Assembly: GCF_018398935.1 (NCBI RefSeq)
Contig: NZ_CP074694.1
Span: 3,240,001 to 3,272,000, forward strand
Reading direction: 5' to 3'
Source: Telmatocola sphagniphila
Lineage (GTDB): Bacteria > Planctomycetota > Planctomycetia > Gemmatales > Gemmataceae
Length of the DNA: 32,000 nucleotides
Below are positions 1 to 8,476 of this stretch, in pieces (the stretch's first letter is position 1; the number at the start of each line of letters is the position of its first letter). The notes under the pieces were generated by a model. That model was given only the letters and a program-made list of their open reading frames with translations, did not search any database and was not told where the DNA came from. Position numbers and translations under genes: made by a program.

Positions 1-1
1 C

Positions 2-928
2 AAGCCCGTCAATGATAAATCGCCCGATCGATTCGTAGCACTGGACGGTTCCTCAACGGTACTAGTTCTGGCCGGGAGCACGGCTACGAAACTCCTTGCC
101 GAACCGGTAGCCTTCCGGGATCGCACGCTGGCAACCTTCCTGAATGCTGACAAGATTGTCGTTCAGACTCCGCAGAATACCCGCACCTTCACCAAGGGGG
201 ACACCGGTTGGAAAGTGACCGAACCAGTGAAGGCAGATGCCGATGATGAATCGCTTCGAGAACTGCACGACATTCTGGCCAAACTGCGGGCCGATGAATT
301 TGTGGCGGAAAAAGCTGCCAAGCTCGAAGATTATGGTCTCGATAAACCGACTCACTGGAAACTTTCCGCAAGCGGCAAAGAAGTTCTGGATCTGCTGGTC
401 GGTAAGAAGGAGTCGGGGCCGGGCCAACGCGTCTACGCCAAACTGGCGAACGACGACCGCATCGCCCTGCTCGATTCGGCAACCAGTACAAAACTGACTC
501 AGGAATATCGCAAGCGAACACTCTGGGAAACTTTGGACGTGGCTCAGGCCAATTCGATTTCGGTCGACTTCAAAGATGATAAAGGAAGTTACCGGTTCAT
601 GAAGGGACCAGCCGGCTGGCTCGACGCCAACAAGCCGGCAGATCCGATCAAAGCCGAAACGGTAACCGATTTCCTCGATTGTATGGCCGGCTTGAAAGCG
701 GAAAAGTTCGTCACCGACAAGGAAGGCGACTACAAACTCTATGGCCTCAAACCGGCCGAACGAGTAATCACGGTGGCTACCCCGGCTGGGAAGCGAACTC
801 TGGAAATCGGCCGGGTCGATGACTCCAAACGGGCCTACGCCAAGCTCCCGGACAAGCCGGAAATTTTGTTGCTGAGCGAGAAGGATACTCAGCGATTGCT
901 GAAAGACCGGGCGGGTTTCGCTAAATAG
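2..928 (+). CDS. DUF4340-like domain protein (5' partial, continues upstream of window)
   Basis: The frame of the listed ORF 215..928 is open back to nt 2, with no stop. The pattern GWKVTEP..AD...L.EL...LAKLRADEFV....KLEDYGLDKP and a second similar module (KAEKFVTD..DYKLYGLKP) resemble DUF4340 repeats. Family call is from memory. Confidence 0.6.
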   Translation, partial: KPVNDKSPDRFVALDGSSTVLVLAGSTATKLLAEPVAFRDRTLATFLNADKIVVQTPQNTRTFTKGDTGWKVTEPVKADADDESLRELHDILAKLRADEFVAEKAAKLEDYGLDKPTHWKLSASGKEVLDLLVGKKESGPGQRVYAKLANDDRIALLDSATSTKLTQEYRKRTLWETLDVAQANSISVDFKDDKGSYRFMKGPAGWLDANKPADPIKAETVTDFLDCMAGLKAEKFVTDKEGDYKLYGLKPAERVITVATPAGKRTLEIGRVDDSKRAYAKLPDKPEILLLSEKDTQRLLKDRAGFAK

Positions 929-1379
929 ACCAGGTAATTTCGCACTTCACCGAATTGGCGATGTAACACTCTTCGTGCGAGTGGTGATGCAGATTTTCGA
1001 TCTCTTCACCACTGGGAAGTTTATCACCCGAAAAAACAATTTTCGGATGCAGCATCACGCGGGTGATGCCCATCCGACCCTCTTGAATTGTTTCCAGTAC
1101 TCCCATGGCCTCATCTACATACGAATCGACTCGGAACCCCTTTTTGGCCGCAAGATAAAGAAACGTGAGCATGTGGCAGGAACTCACCGCGGCCACAAAC
1201 GCCTCTTCCGGATCGACCGCACTGGGATCGGAGAAGGGTAATCTCACTGCGTGAGGGGAAGAAGAGGCTCGTAGTTGGATGCCGCCATCGAAAGCCCATT
1301 CGTGAACCCGAGAATACTGATTGTCGGTGAATTTCTGATCTGAGCGAGACCAGCGCACCACGGCCGTGTGATTCGACAT
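921..1379 (-). CDS. OsmC/Ohr family peroxiredoxin-like protein
   Basis: ORF 921..1406. The two conserved Cys contexts (VSSCHMLTF and HEECYIANS) and a size of about 150 aa are typical of OsmC/Ohr. The Met at 1379 (MSNHTAVV) is preferred as start, with 1406 as alternative. The 3' end overlaps the convergent upstream gene by 8 nt. Confidence 0.8.
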   Translation of the reverse strand: MSNHTAVVRWSRSDQKFTDNQYSRVHEWAFDGGIQLRASSSPHAVRLPFSDPSAVDPEEAFVAAVSSCHMLTFLYLAAKKGFRVDSYVDEAMGVLETIQEGRMGITRVMLHPKIVFSGDKLPSGEEIENLHHHSHEECYIANSVKCEITWSI

Positions 1380-1602
1380 ATGTTTCGCCCCTATAGTTTT
1401 CGCCATCGTATTAAACTACCCAGTTTTACAATGAAAATTTGCTCAGATTTCGTCGGAAGTTGCACTTTCATCAATTTTCCACCTATGGTAATTTTACATC
1501 CGGTGAATGGTATCACCTGGTCCTCTGGCGAATGGAATCGTCATCGTGCTTCCCATCGAATCTCTATCTAACTCTTTATATTCCAACGGCGTAGCCCGTT
1601 TC

Positions 1603-2793
1603 ATGGCCCATTTCGCTAAGCTGTTCCCCGACATTCATATGAAGGACCTAACGGTCGATGTAGCGGGACCTGGGCGAGAAGTCACCATCGATGGTCACAA
1701 AGTGATCAACTTCGGCTGCGATTCGTTTCTCGGACTCGATCGCGATCCACGAGTCTGGGACAGCCTCAAAAAAGGCATCGACCGCTGGGGCTCGCATAAT
1801 GGCGCTTCCCGCATGTTCAACAGCGTCCGCTCGAACGTGGATGCGGAAAACAAGATCGCCGAATGGCTGGGAACCGAAGCCAGCGTCATCTATCCTTCGG
1901 TCACTCTGGCCAACGCCGGCGTCATCCCGGGGCTAGTAACCAAGGGCGATGTCATTGTGTGCGATGAATTCGCGCACAATTCCATTCAGGAAGGCATCAA
2001 AATCGCCAAGGCGAACGGCACCCGCAGCTTCGTCTTCAAGCACAACAATCTTCAGGATCTCGAACGAAAGCTCGAAGAAGCCAAACCCTACAAGCATGCC
2101 CTGATCACCATCGATGGCGTCTACTCGATGAGCGGTTCCCTGCCCAAGCTGAAAGAGATGCACGCCCTGGCTCTGAAGCACAACGCCATCCTCTATGTGG
2201 ACGATGCCCACGGCACCGGCGTCATGGGCAAGCATGGCCGGGGTACCGTTATGGATAACCTCGGACACTACGAAAACACTCTGGTTATCGGTTCGCTCTC
2301 GAAGGCGTTCTCCTGCATGGGGGGCTTCGTCGGTTGCCCCAAGAGCATGCAGGATCTTCTGAAGATTCGCTCCAACAGCTACATTTTCGGTGGTCCAGTT
2401 GCCCCCTGCTATCTCGATGCCATTTGCACGGTTATCGATATCCTTCAGTCAGACGAATACGAGCAACTTCAGGACAAACTAAACGAAAATCTCAGCACCC
2501 TGGTCTCGGGAGCTCAGGACCTGGGTCTGATCGTACTCGGCGGGCACACGCCGATCATTTCGATTCTCGTCGAAGACGAAGCGAACTGCCTCCGGGCGGG
2601 TAAGATGCTCTTCGATCTGGGCTGCTACGTTCAATCAGTGGCTTTCCCGGCCGTTCCCTACCGCGCGGCCGTGTTGCGGATTCAGGTGAATGCGAACCAC
2701 GACCTGGCTCAAATTCGGAATCTGGTGGCCGCACTGGGTGAAGTGCAGAAAGTCATTGAGCTGCCCAATGTCCGTGCGAAGCTGGCGGCCTGA
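1603..2793 (+). CDS. PLP-dependent alpha-oxoamine synthase family acyltransferase (BioF/Kbl/serine palmitoyltransferase-like)
   Basis: ORF 1507..2793. Start chosen at MAHFAK (1603). Carries DDAHGTGVMG and the PLP-lysine context GSLSKAF typical of the AONS family. Substrate cannot be assigned from sequence alone. Confidence 0.85.
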   Translation: MAHFAKLFPDIHMKDLTVDVAGPGREVTIDGHKVINFGCDSFLGLDRDPRVWDSLKKGIDRWGSHNGASRMFNSVRSNVDAENKIAEWLGTEASVIYPSVTLANAGVIPGLVTKGDVIVCDEFAHNSIQEGIKIAKANGTRSFVFKHNNLQDLERKLEEAKPYKHALITIDGVYSMSGSLPKLKEMHALALKHNAILYVDDAHGTGVMGKHGRGTVMDNLGHYENTLVIGSLSKAFSCMGGFVGCPKSMQDLLKIRSNSYIFGGPVAPCYLDAICTVIDILQSDEYEQLQDKLNENLSTLVSGAQDLGLIVLGGHTPIISILVEDEANCLRAGKMLFDLGCYVQSVAFPAVPYRAAVLRIQVNANHDLAQIRNLVAALGEVQKVIELPNVRAKLAA

Positions 2794-2833
2794 GTCTTTT
2801 CGCTGTCACCCGCACGCATCGCCTGATAAACTG

Positions 2834-2869
2834 ACCTCCGGTATTACCGCATCACACCGGAGGTTTTTC
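2834..2869 (+). terminator. Rho-independent terminator-like hairpin after the AONS-family gene
   Basis: A 9-bp perfect stem ACCTCCGGT (2834-2842) / ACCGGAGGT (2856-2864) with a 13-nt loop, followed by TTTTT (2864-2868). It ends only 6 nt before the next start codon. Confidence 0.6.
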
Positions 2870-2874
2870 AAACC

Positions 2875-4041
2875 ATGTCTCTCCCGCGCTTGTTGTTTTC
2901 CGCCGTATTGGTCTGTCTGCTGACGGCCAGCTACACCCAGATTTCCTGGGCAGCCGATGCCCCGACCTGGGTCTACTTCGGCACTTATACCGATAATCTC
3001 AGCAAAGGTATCTATAAGAGCGAACTGGATCCTGCCACGGGCAAGCTCTCGGAACCGGTACTGGTCGCGGAAGCCACCAGCCCTTCGTTTCTGGCGATCC
3101 ACCCGAATAAGAAGTATCTCTACGCGGTCAGTGAAGTTTCCAGCTTCAATGGCAAAAAAGCCGGGGCGGTTGTCAGCTTCGAAATCGATCCCAAGACAGG
3201 AATGCTTAAGGAATTGAATAAAGCCAGCAGCGTCGGCGATGGTCCCTGCCATCTGATTGTCGATAAAGCTGGCAAGAATGTCATCGTCGCCAACTACGGC
3301 GGCGGGAGCTGCGCTTGCATTCCAATCGAATCGGATGGCAAGCTGAAGGAAGCCACAAGTTTTCACCAGCACGCCGGCCCGGTAGCCCTACCCAAGCGGC
3401 AGGGGACGCCGCATGCTCACTCGGCCAATGTTTCTCCCGATGGCAAATTCGTCTTCGTGGCCGATCTGGGTTTGGACCAGATCAAAGTTTACAAACTGGA
3501 TGCCGATGCTGGAAAACTCACGCCAAACGATCCGGCCTTCGCCAGCTTGGCTCCCGGGGCCGGTCCACGCCATTTCGCCTGGCACCCGGACGGCAAAAGG
3601 GCTTATGTTATCAACGAAATCGACATGACCGTGACTTCGTTCGACTTCGACGTTGACAAAGGTGTTCTGACCAAGAAACAGACCATCTCCACGCTGCCGA
3701 AAGGTGAGATGCAGACCCCCGATTATAAGTTCTCCACCGCCGAAGTCGTCGTGCATCCTTCGGGTAAGTTCCTCTACGGTTCAAATCGCACACACAACAC
3801 GATAGCGATGTTCGCGATTGGCGAAGACGGGAAGCTCGTTCACTTGGGAAATCAGGGGGAAGGTGTGAACATTCCTCGCAACTTTAACATCGATCCCAGC
3901 GGTAAATGGCTGCTCGTGGCGAATCAAGAAGGGAATACTGTTACGGTCTACGAGATCGATCAGAAGACTGGAAAGCTTTCCGGAGTGAAGCAGACCGTGA
4001 AGGTGGGCCATCCGGTCTGTATCAAGTTCTACACCCCGTGA
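2875..4041 (+). CDS. Secreted lactonase, 7-bladed beta-propeller family (6-phosphogluconolactonase / muconate-cycloisomerase-like)
   Basis: N-terminal signal peptide (MSLPRLLFSAVLVCLLTASYTQISWAA). Repeated blade motifs are HPNKKYLYAV, DKAGKNVIVANYGGG, SPDGKFVFVADLG, HPDGKRAYVINE, HPSGKFLYGSNR and DPSGKWLLVANQ. Confidence 0.8.
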   Translation: MSLPRLLFSAVLVCLLTASYTQISWAADAPTWVYFGTYTDNLSKGIYKSELDPATGKLSEPVLVAEATSPSFLAIHPNKKYLYAVSEVSSFNGKKAGAVVSFEIDPKTGMLKELNKASSVGDGPCHLIVDKAGKNVIVANYGGGSCACIPIESDGKLKEATSFHQHAGPVALPKRQGTPHAHSANVSPDGKFVFVADLGLDQIKVYKLDADAGKLTPNDPAFASLAPGAGPRHFAWHPDGKRAYVINEIDMTVTSFDFDVDKGVLTKKQTISTLPKGEMQTPDYKFSTAEVVVHPSGKFLYGSNRTHNTIAMFAIGEDGKLVHLGNQGEGVNIPRNFNIDPSGKWLLVANQEGNTVTVYEIDQKTGKLSGVKQTVKVGHPVCIKFYTP

Positions 4042-4052
4042 ATCGTTTCGAA

Positions 4053-4991
4053 TTAAGCGGCAGCAAAACTCTTCCTCAAGAGTTCCAGACTCTTGGGGAT
4101 GGCTGTCCGGACATCTTCATTTCCTTCAAATTCCAGTGAGATATAACCCGTGTAATTGTGCTTTTTCAGCAGTTTGGCAATTTTCCCATAATCCAGATCG
4201 AGTGTATACCAGAGCCCGCCGCCGTAGTAGGTCTTCGCCTGCACCAGGCAGGCTTTATCCGCAATCATTTCCAACTTGTCGTAGGGTTCTTCGAAGAAAT
4301 TGCCGGTATCGCAGGTGACCCGCAGCCAGGGGGAATTGATCTTATCGACAATTTTCATTAGTCCTTCGGGAGTCCGACCGAGGCCCCAATGATTTTCCAG
4401 CCCCAGGGTCACACCGCATTTCTCGGCCGTTTTCAGACAGGCGGTATAGCCGTCGATAACCCAGTCGAAAGCATCCTGATCCTTGTAGCCCTGGATCGGC
4501 GGCTCTATGCCACGATTTTTCATCAGTTCGTCGAAATTTTTGCTGGTTCGCCAGGTGCCGGTATTAACCCGCATGGTCGGAATACCCATCGCGTAGGCGA
4601 GTTCGATCTGCTTGCAGACGATCTCGACATTCTTTTTGCGTTCTTCGGCGCTGGGGTACATGAAGCTTTGGTGGGTAGAGAAGCCGTTGAGCGAAATCCC
4701 AAGAGCATGTGCCCGTTTTTTATATTTCTGAAGAGTGGCGTTATCCTCATTTTCCATCTGGCGATGCAGAATCTCGACCGCATCGAATCCCCACTCAGCG
4801 GCCTGGTCGATATTCTTCTCAATGTCCCGCCAGTCTTTGTTCTTGAACTGCCAGAACGAATAAGTGGAAATGCCAATTCGGTTGGGCTTCCATTTGGACT
4901 CTTTAGCGGTTGTCCGAGCCCGTAAGGGTGCGATCGCTCCTACCGTTCCCACGACCCCAGCTGCCAGAAAATTTCGACGGGATATGGACAT
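4053..4991 (-). CDS. Tat-exported sugar phosphate isomerase/epimerase (xylose isomerase-like TIM barrel)
   Basis: ORF 4053..5084. Start set at MSISRRNFLAAG (ATG at 4991), preceded by AAGGAG. Has a twin-arginine motif SRRNFL. Body resembles the AP-endonuclease-2/xylose-isomerase-like TIM-barrel family. Confidence 0.8.
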   Translation of the reverse strand: MSISRRNFLAAGVVGTVGAIAPLRARTTAKESKWKPNRIGISTYSFWQFKNKDWRDIEKNIDQAAEWGFDAVEILHRQMENEDNATLQKYKKRAHALGISLNGFSTHQSFMYPSAEERKKNVEIVCKQIELAYAMGIPTMRVNTGTWRTSKNFDELMKNRGIEPPIQGYKDQDAFDWVIDGYTACLKTAEKCGVTLGLENHWGLGRTPEGLMKIVDKINSPWLRVTCDTGNFFEEPYDKLEMIADKACLVQAKTYYGGGLWYTLDLDYGKIAKLLKKHNYTGYISLEFEGNEDVRTAIPKSLELLRKSFAAA

Positions 4992-5101
4992 GGTTGCTCC
5001 TTGATTTTGAAATTCTTGATAGAGAGAATACACAAAATCGATTGGACGAGTTAGCGATTTATCCAAAGAATTTTCGCTTCTCAACTTGCTGGGAGGTTCC
5101 G

Positions 5102-5725
5102 ATGGCGAAGGGCTCCAAGATCATCTACAGCGTGCATCCCGCCGTGGCGATGGTGCAGAAATCGCTGGCCTCCCTGAAAGAGAAAACTGGCCGCACTCTG
5201 GAAGAATGGCTGGCGTTCATCGAAGCCCAAGGGCCTGCGGATGAAAAAGGGCGAATCCAATGGCTCAAGGAAAAACAGGATCTCGGGACGAATTACGCCA
5301 AGTGGCTGGCCGAGCGATCCTTCGGCAAAGGCGGTGATGAAGATAGTCCGGAAGCCTACCTCCAAGCGGCGGAACGTTACGTGCAGAACATGTTTTCCGG
5401 TCCCAAAGCCGGGTTGCTTCCCCTGTACGAAAAGCTCATTTCTCTCAGTCAATCGCTGGGTAAAGATGTGAAATTCTCTCCCTGCGAGACGATTGTGCCT
5501 TTTTACCGCCACCACGTTTTTGCCCAGGTGAAGCCGAGCACTCGAACTCGAATCGATTTTGGGCTGGCGCTGGGAGATACACCGGCCACGGGGCGATTGA
5601 TCGACACCGGCGGCTACGCCAAGAAGGATCGAATTACGCACAAACTGGAAGTATCAACGCTGGAGGATATCGATGCGGAACTGGAAAAGTGGTTGAAAAT
5701 GGCCTATCGGAAAGATGAGAAGTAA
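5102..5725 (+). CDS. DUF4287/DUF5655-like protein
   Basis: ORF 4910..5725. Start set at MAKGSKI (5102), since the upstream part overlaps the divergent gene. The N-terminal KTGRTLEEWLAFI and C-terminal FAQVKPSTRTRIDFGLAL patterns recall DUF4287 and DUF5655. Call is from memory. Confidence 0.55.
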   Translation: MAKGSKIIYSVHPAVAMVQKSLASLKEKTGRTLEEWLAFIEAQGPADEKGRIQWLKEKQDLGTNYAKWLAERSFGKGGDEDSPEAYLQAAERYVQNMFSGPKAGLLPLYEKLISLSQSLGKDVKFSPCETIVPFYRHHVFAQVKPSTRTRIDFGLALGDTPATGRLIDTGGYAKKDRITHKLEVSTLEDIDAELEKWLKMAYRKDEK

Positions 5726-5748
5726 CCTCGGGTGGTCCTCACCCGAGG
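5726..5748. terminator. Hairpin between convergent genes (possible bidirectional terminator)
   Basis: A 9-bp perfect stem CCTCGGGTG (5726-5734) / CACCCGAGG (5740-5748) with a 5-nt loop, lying between the stops at 5725 and 5768. The U-tract is weak. Confidence 0.45.
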
Positions 5749-5767
5749 CCACCTTTATGCGAAAAGA

Positions 5768-6208
5768 TCATTTCTTCTTTTCGAGGCCCTGCTCGGCCAG
5801 AATCTTCGCGGCTTTATTGGCATCCTCCACACTATCGAAAGTTATGAAACCGACGAACTTGGAACCGATGACGCACATGATCGAACCATGCAGGTTAATG
5901 CCTGCTTTGGCCCATTCCATTTTCAGACGAAATGCCAGACCGGCCGTATTATCGCCTTGAATGTGCATTACCACGGGATCGAAGACTTCGCTCATCCCGG
6001 CCGCTTTGGCCGCTTTCATCTGCTCCTGACCCACGATCGGGCCTACAAAGAGAATCCCGTGACCGGGCTTTTCGGGTAAACGTTGCGTGTAAACGTATTC
6101 GAGATTGGCACCCGACTCAGCGACAGCGGATAACTTGGAAGCGACACCACCGACTTGATCTTTGACCTCGGCGGCCCAGACGTGAATGCGGTCCATTTTG
6201 AAGCTCAT
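5768..6208 (-). CDS. Hypothetical protein, possibly tandem ACT-like ligand-binding domains
   Basis: A clean 146-aa ORF with a hairpin downstream. It has two similar halves (IHVWAAEV..VGG.. / VVMHIQGDNTAGL..), a pattern reminiscent of ACT domain pairs. The assignment is weak. Confidence 0.45.
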   Translation of the reverse strand: MSFKMDRIHVWAAEVKDQVGGVASKLSAVAESGANLEYVYTQRLPEKPGHGILFVGPIVGQEQMKAAKAAGMSEVFDPVVMHIQGDNTAGLAFRLKMEWAKAGINLHGSIMCVIGSKFVGFITFDSVEDANKAAKILAEQGLEKKK

Positions 6209-6441
6209 TGGAAAGCTCCTTTCATAAAAGTGAGTGACCTATTTGCGATCATACCCATCCGTTGAACGGAGACAATTAAATTCCCTCAAAAAGAACCATC
6301 CCAAGTGCCGGATGGGGAAGACAGAACAGATTTAAGTTTTTGGACGGACAGAGAAACCGGATCATTCAAACATACATCAACGTGCCTAGATTCCTCGCCT
6401 TCCGTAAGATAACAGTTAGTAACTCAGAAGGAACAGGTTGT

Positions 6442-7515
6442 ATGTGGCCGACGATGCAGACTCAGGTGGGCCGGTTCAAGGAGTTGGAAGCCCAACTTGC
6501 CGACCCGGAAATCGCCTCCAATCACTCAAAATACCGGGCCGTAGCCAAGGAGCATGGCGCTCTGGCCAAACGAGTGAAACCTTATTTTGAATATGAGAAG
6601 ATCACTTCCGAAGTCGAATCCGCCCGGCAGATGTTCGAGGCCGAGACCGACCCGGAAATGAAAGTCTACGCCGAGGAGGAACTCAAACGCCTGCTCGACA
6701 AACAGCTTCAGCTCAAAAATCAAATCGAAGACGATCTGCTGTTCGATCCCAGTGAGGATTTCGAAAGCTTAATCGTCGAAATCCGGGCCGGTACCGGCGG
6801 CGACGAAGCGGCGCTTTTCGCGGGCGATCTTTACGAAATGTATTCCCGCTACGCCCGCACCAAAGGCTGGAAACTCGAAAGCATCGATTTCAGCGAAGGC
6901 GAAATGGGTGGCTTCAAGGAAGTCGTCTTCAGCGTCTCCGGCGAGGATGTCTACCGCAAGCTCCGCTATGAATCGGGCGGACACCGCGTGCAACGCGTTC
7001 CCAAGACCGAAACCCAGGGACGCATTCACACTTCCGCGGCGACGGTGGCCGTGCTGCCCGAACCCGATGATTCGACCGTGGAAATCAAGGATTCGGATAT
7101 CGAATGGGAACGCATGCGAGCCGGGGGCGCTGGGGGCCAGCACGTGAACAAAACCGAGTCGGCCGTCCGGATCTGGTACAAAAAAGGCACGCCGGACGAA
7201 CTGGAAGTGAAATGCCAGGATGGCCGAAGCCAGACCAAGAATTACGAACAGGCCATGCGTATTCTTCGATCCCGCGTCTTCGAACGGCATCAGCAGAAAG
7301 TGGCCAAGGAAAGAGCCGACGCCCGCAAGAACCAGATCGGTTCCGGCGATCGCAGCGACCGCATTCGTACTTACAATTTCCCTCAGAACCGACTGACCGA
7401 CCATCGAATCAATCTCAACCTGTACAAGCTGGATATGATTATGATGGGAGAACTGGAAGAGCTCATCAGTGCGGCCCAGGAATACGACAAGAAACAACGG
7501 CTCGGACAGTTGTAA
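6442..7515 (+). CDS. prfA: Peptide chain release factor 1
   Basis: GGQ motif ([18 protein letters not shown]). RF1-type tripeptide context [23 protein letters not shown] (P-x-T, not SPF). Start chosen at MWPTMQ (6442) after GAAGGAACAGG. Confidence 0.95.
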   Translation: MWPTMQTQVGRFKELEAQLADPEIASNHSKYRAVAKEHGALAKRVKPYFEYEKITSEVESARQMFEAETDPEMKVYAEEELKRLLDKQLQLKNQIEDDLLFDPSEDFESLIVEIRAGTGGDEAALFAGDLYEMYSRYARTKGWKLESIDFSEGEMGGFKEVVFSVSGEDVYRKLRYESGGHRVQRVPKTETQGRIHTSAATVAVLPEPDDSTVEIKDSDIEWERMRAGGAGGQHVNKTESAVRIWYKKGTPDELEVKCQDGRSQTKNYEQAMRILRSRVFERHQQKVAKERADARKNQIGSGDRSDRIRTYNFPQNRLTDHRINLNLYKLDMIMMGELEELISAAQEYDKKQRLGQL

Positions 7516-7556
7516 TCTCGGCAAGCCAGGACTCGTTAAGACCAGGAAGGAATTGC

Positions 7557-8417
7557 ATGTCGACGGAGCGATGGACCATCCTGAAATTGCTGTCCTGGAC
7601 CGAGGATTTTTTCCGACAGAAGAATATCGAATCGCCTCGACTCGAAGCGCAGATCTTGCTGGGCCACGTATTGAAGTGCGACCGTATCCACCTCTATACC
7701 CGAACCGACGAAGAACCGGATGAAGCCAGCCGGGCCGCTTTCCGGGAACTGATCAAAAAGCGAGCCGATGGCACTCCGGTCGCCTACCTCGTTGGCTATC
7801 GCGAATTCTACTCGCTGAAATTCGAAGTCACCCCGGATGTTCTGATCCCGCGACCGGAAACGGAGCTCCTGGTTCTGAAATGTCTGGATCGCATCTCCAA
7901 GATTTCCAAACCGAAAATCCTGGACGTCGGGACCGGCTCCGGCTGCATCGCAATTACCCTAGCCAAGCAGAATTCCGCGGTGCAGGTGCAGGCCATCGAC
8001 CGCAGTGATAAAGCCCTCGCCGTCGCTCGAAATAACGCCCAGAGACACGAAGTTTCCGACCGTATCCAGTTTCTGGCCGGGGATTTATTCCAGCCTCTGA
8101 AAAAAGAGGTTAGCTTCGACTTGATCGTCAGCAACCCACCTTACATTTCTGAAGCCGAGTACAGCCAACTCGATAAATCGGTCCGCGATTTCGAGCCGAG
8201 AGAAGCTCTTTTAGCCGGTGCGGATGGACTGGATATCTATCGCCGACTAATACCGGAGAGCGCGCCTTTTCTGAAATCGGAAGGCTTTCTGGCGGTGGAA
8301 ATTGGCAGCACCCAACAGGAAAACGTCGAGCAGATCTTCCGAGAGTCGTTTACAGATGTGACCACCATTCGAGATGATGCGAAATTGCCGCGAATTGTCC
8401 TGGGGAAAAAGCGATAG
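7557..8417 (+). CDS. prmC: Release factor glutamine N5-methyltransferase
   Basis: Listed ORF 7104..8417 overlaps prfA out of frame. The real start is taken at MSTERWTILKLL (7557). Carries the SAM motif ILDVGTGSGCIA and the NPPY motif (VSNPPYI). Sits directly downstream of prfA. Confidence 0.9.
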   Translation: MSTERWTILKLLSWTEDFFRQKNIESPRLEAQILLGHVLKCDRIHLYTRTDEEPDEASRAAFRELIKKRADGTPVAYLVGYREFYSLKFEVTPDVLIPRPETELLVLKCLDRISKISKPKILDVGTGSGCIAITLAKQNSAVQVQAIDRSDKALAVARNNAQRHEVSDRIQFLAGDLFQPLKKEVSFDLIVSNPPYISEAEYSQLDKSVRDFEPREALLAGADGLDIYRRLIPESAPFLKSEGFLAVEIGSTQQENVEQIFRESFTDVTTIRDDAKLPRIVLGKKR

Positions 8418-8476
8418 TAGTGTCATGCCCCGTCCGGTATTCTTAGGGAAGGTGATTATTCCTTGAGAAAGCCAAC

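Noticed and set aside
6769-7524. Long antisense or off-frame ORFs inside well-supported genes. Examples: 6769..7524(-), 5081..5641(-), 4389..4925(+), 11166..11708(+), 20762..21166(+), 22506..23192(-), 23873..24388(-), 28763..29260(+), 30478..30966(+).
   Set aside because: These are shadow ORFs opposite or overlapping genes with clear family motifs. Their translations are low-complexity and Arg/Gly/Pro-rich, with no recognisable domains.
7104-7556. A long N-terminal extension of the prmC ORF (437 aa as listed).
   Set aside because: The extension overlaps prfA in another frame, is Arg/Pro-rich low-complexity sequence, and has no HemK homology. The canonical PrmC N-terminus begins at the ATG at 7557.
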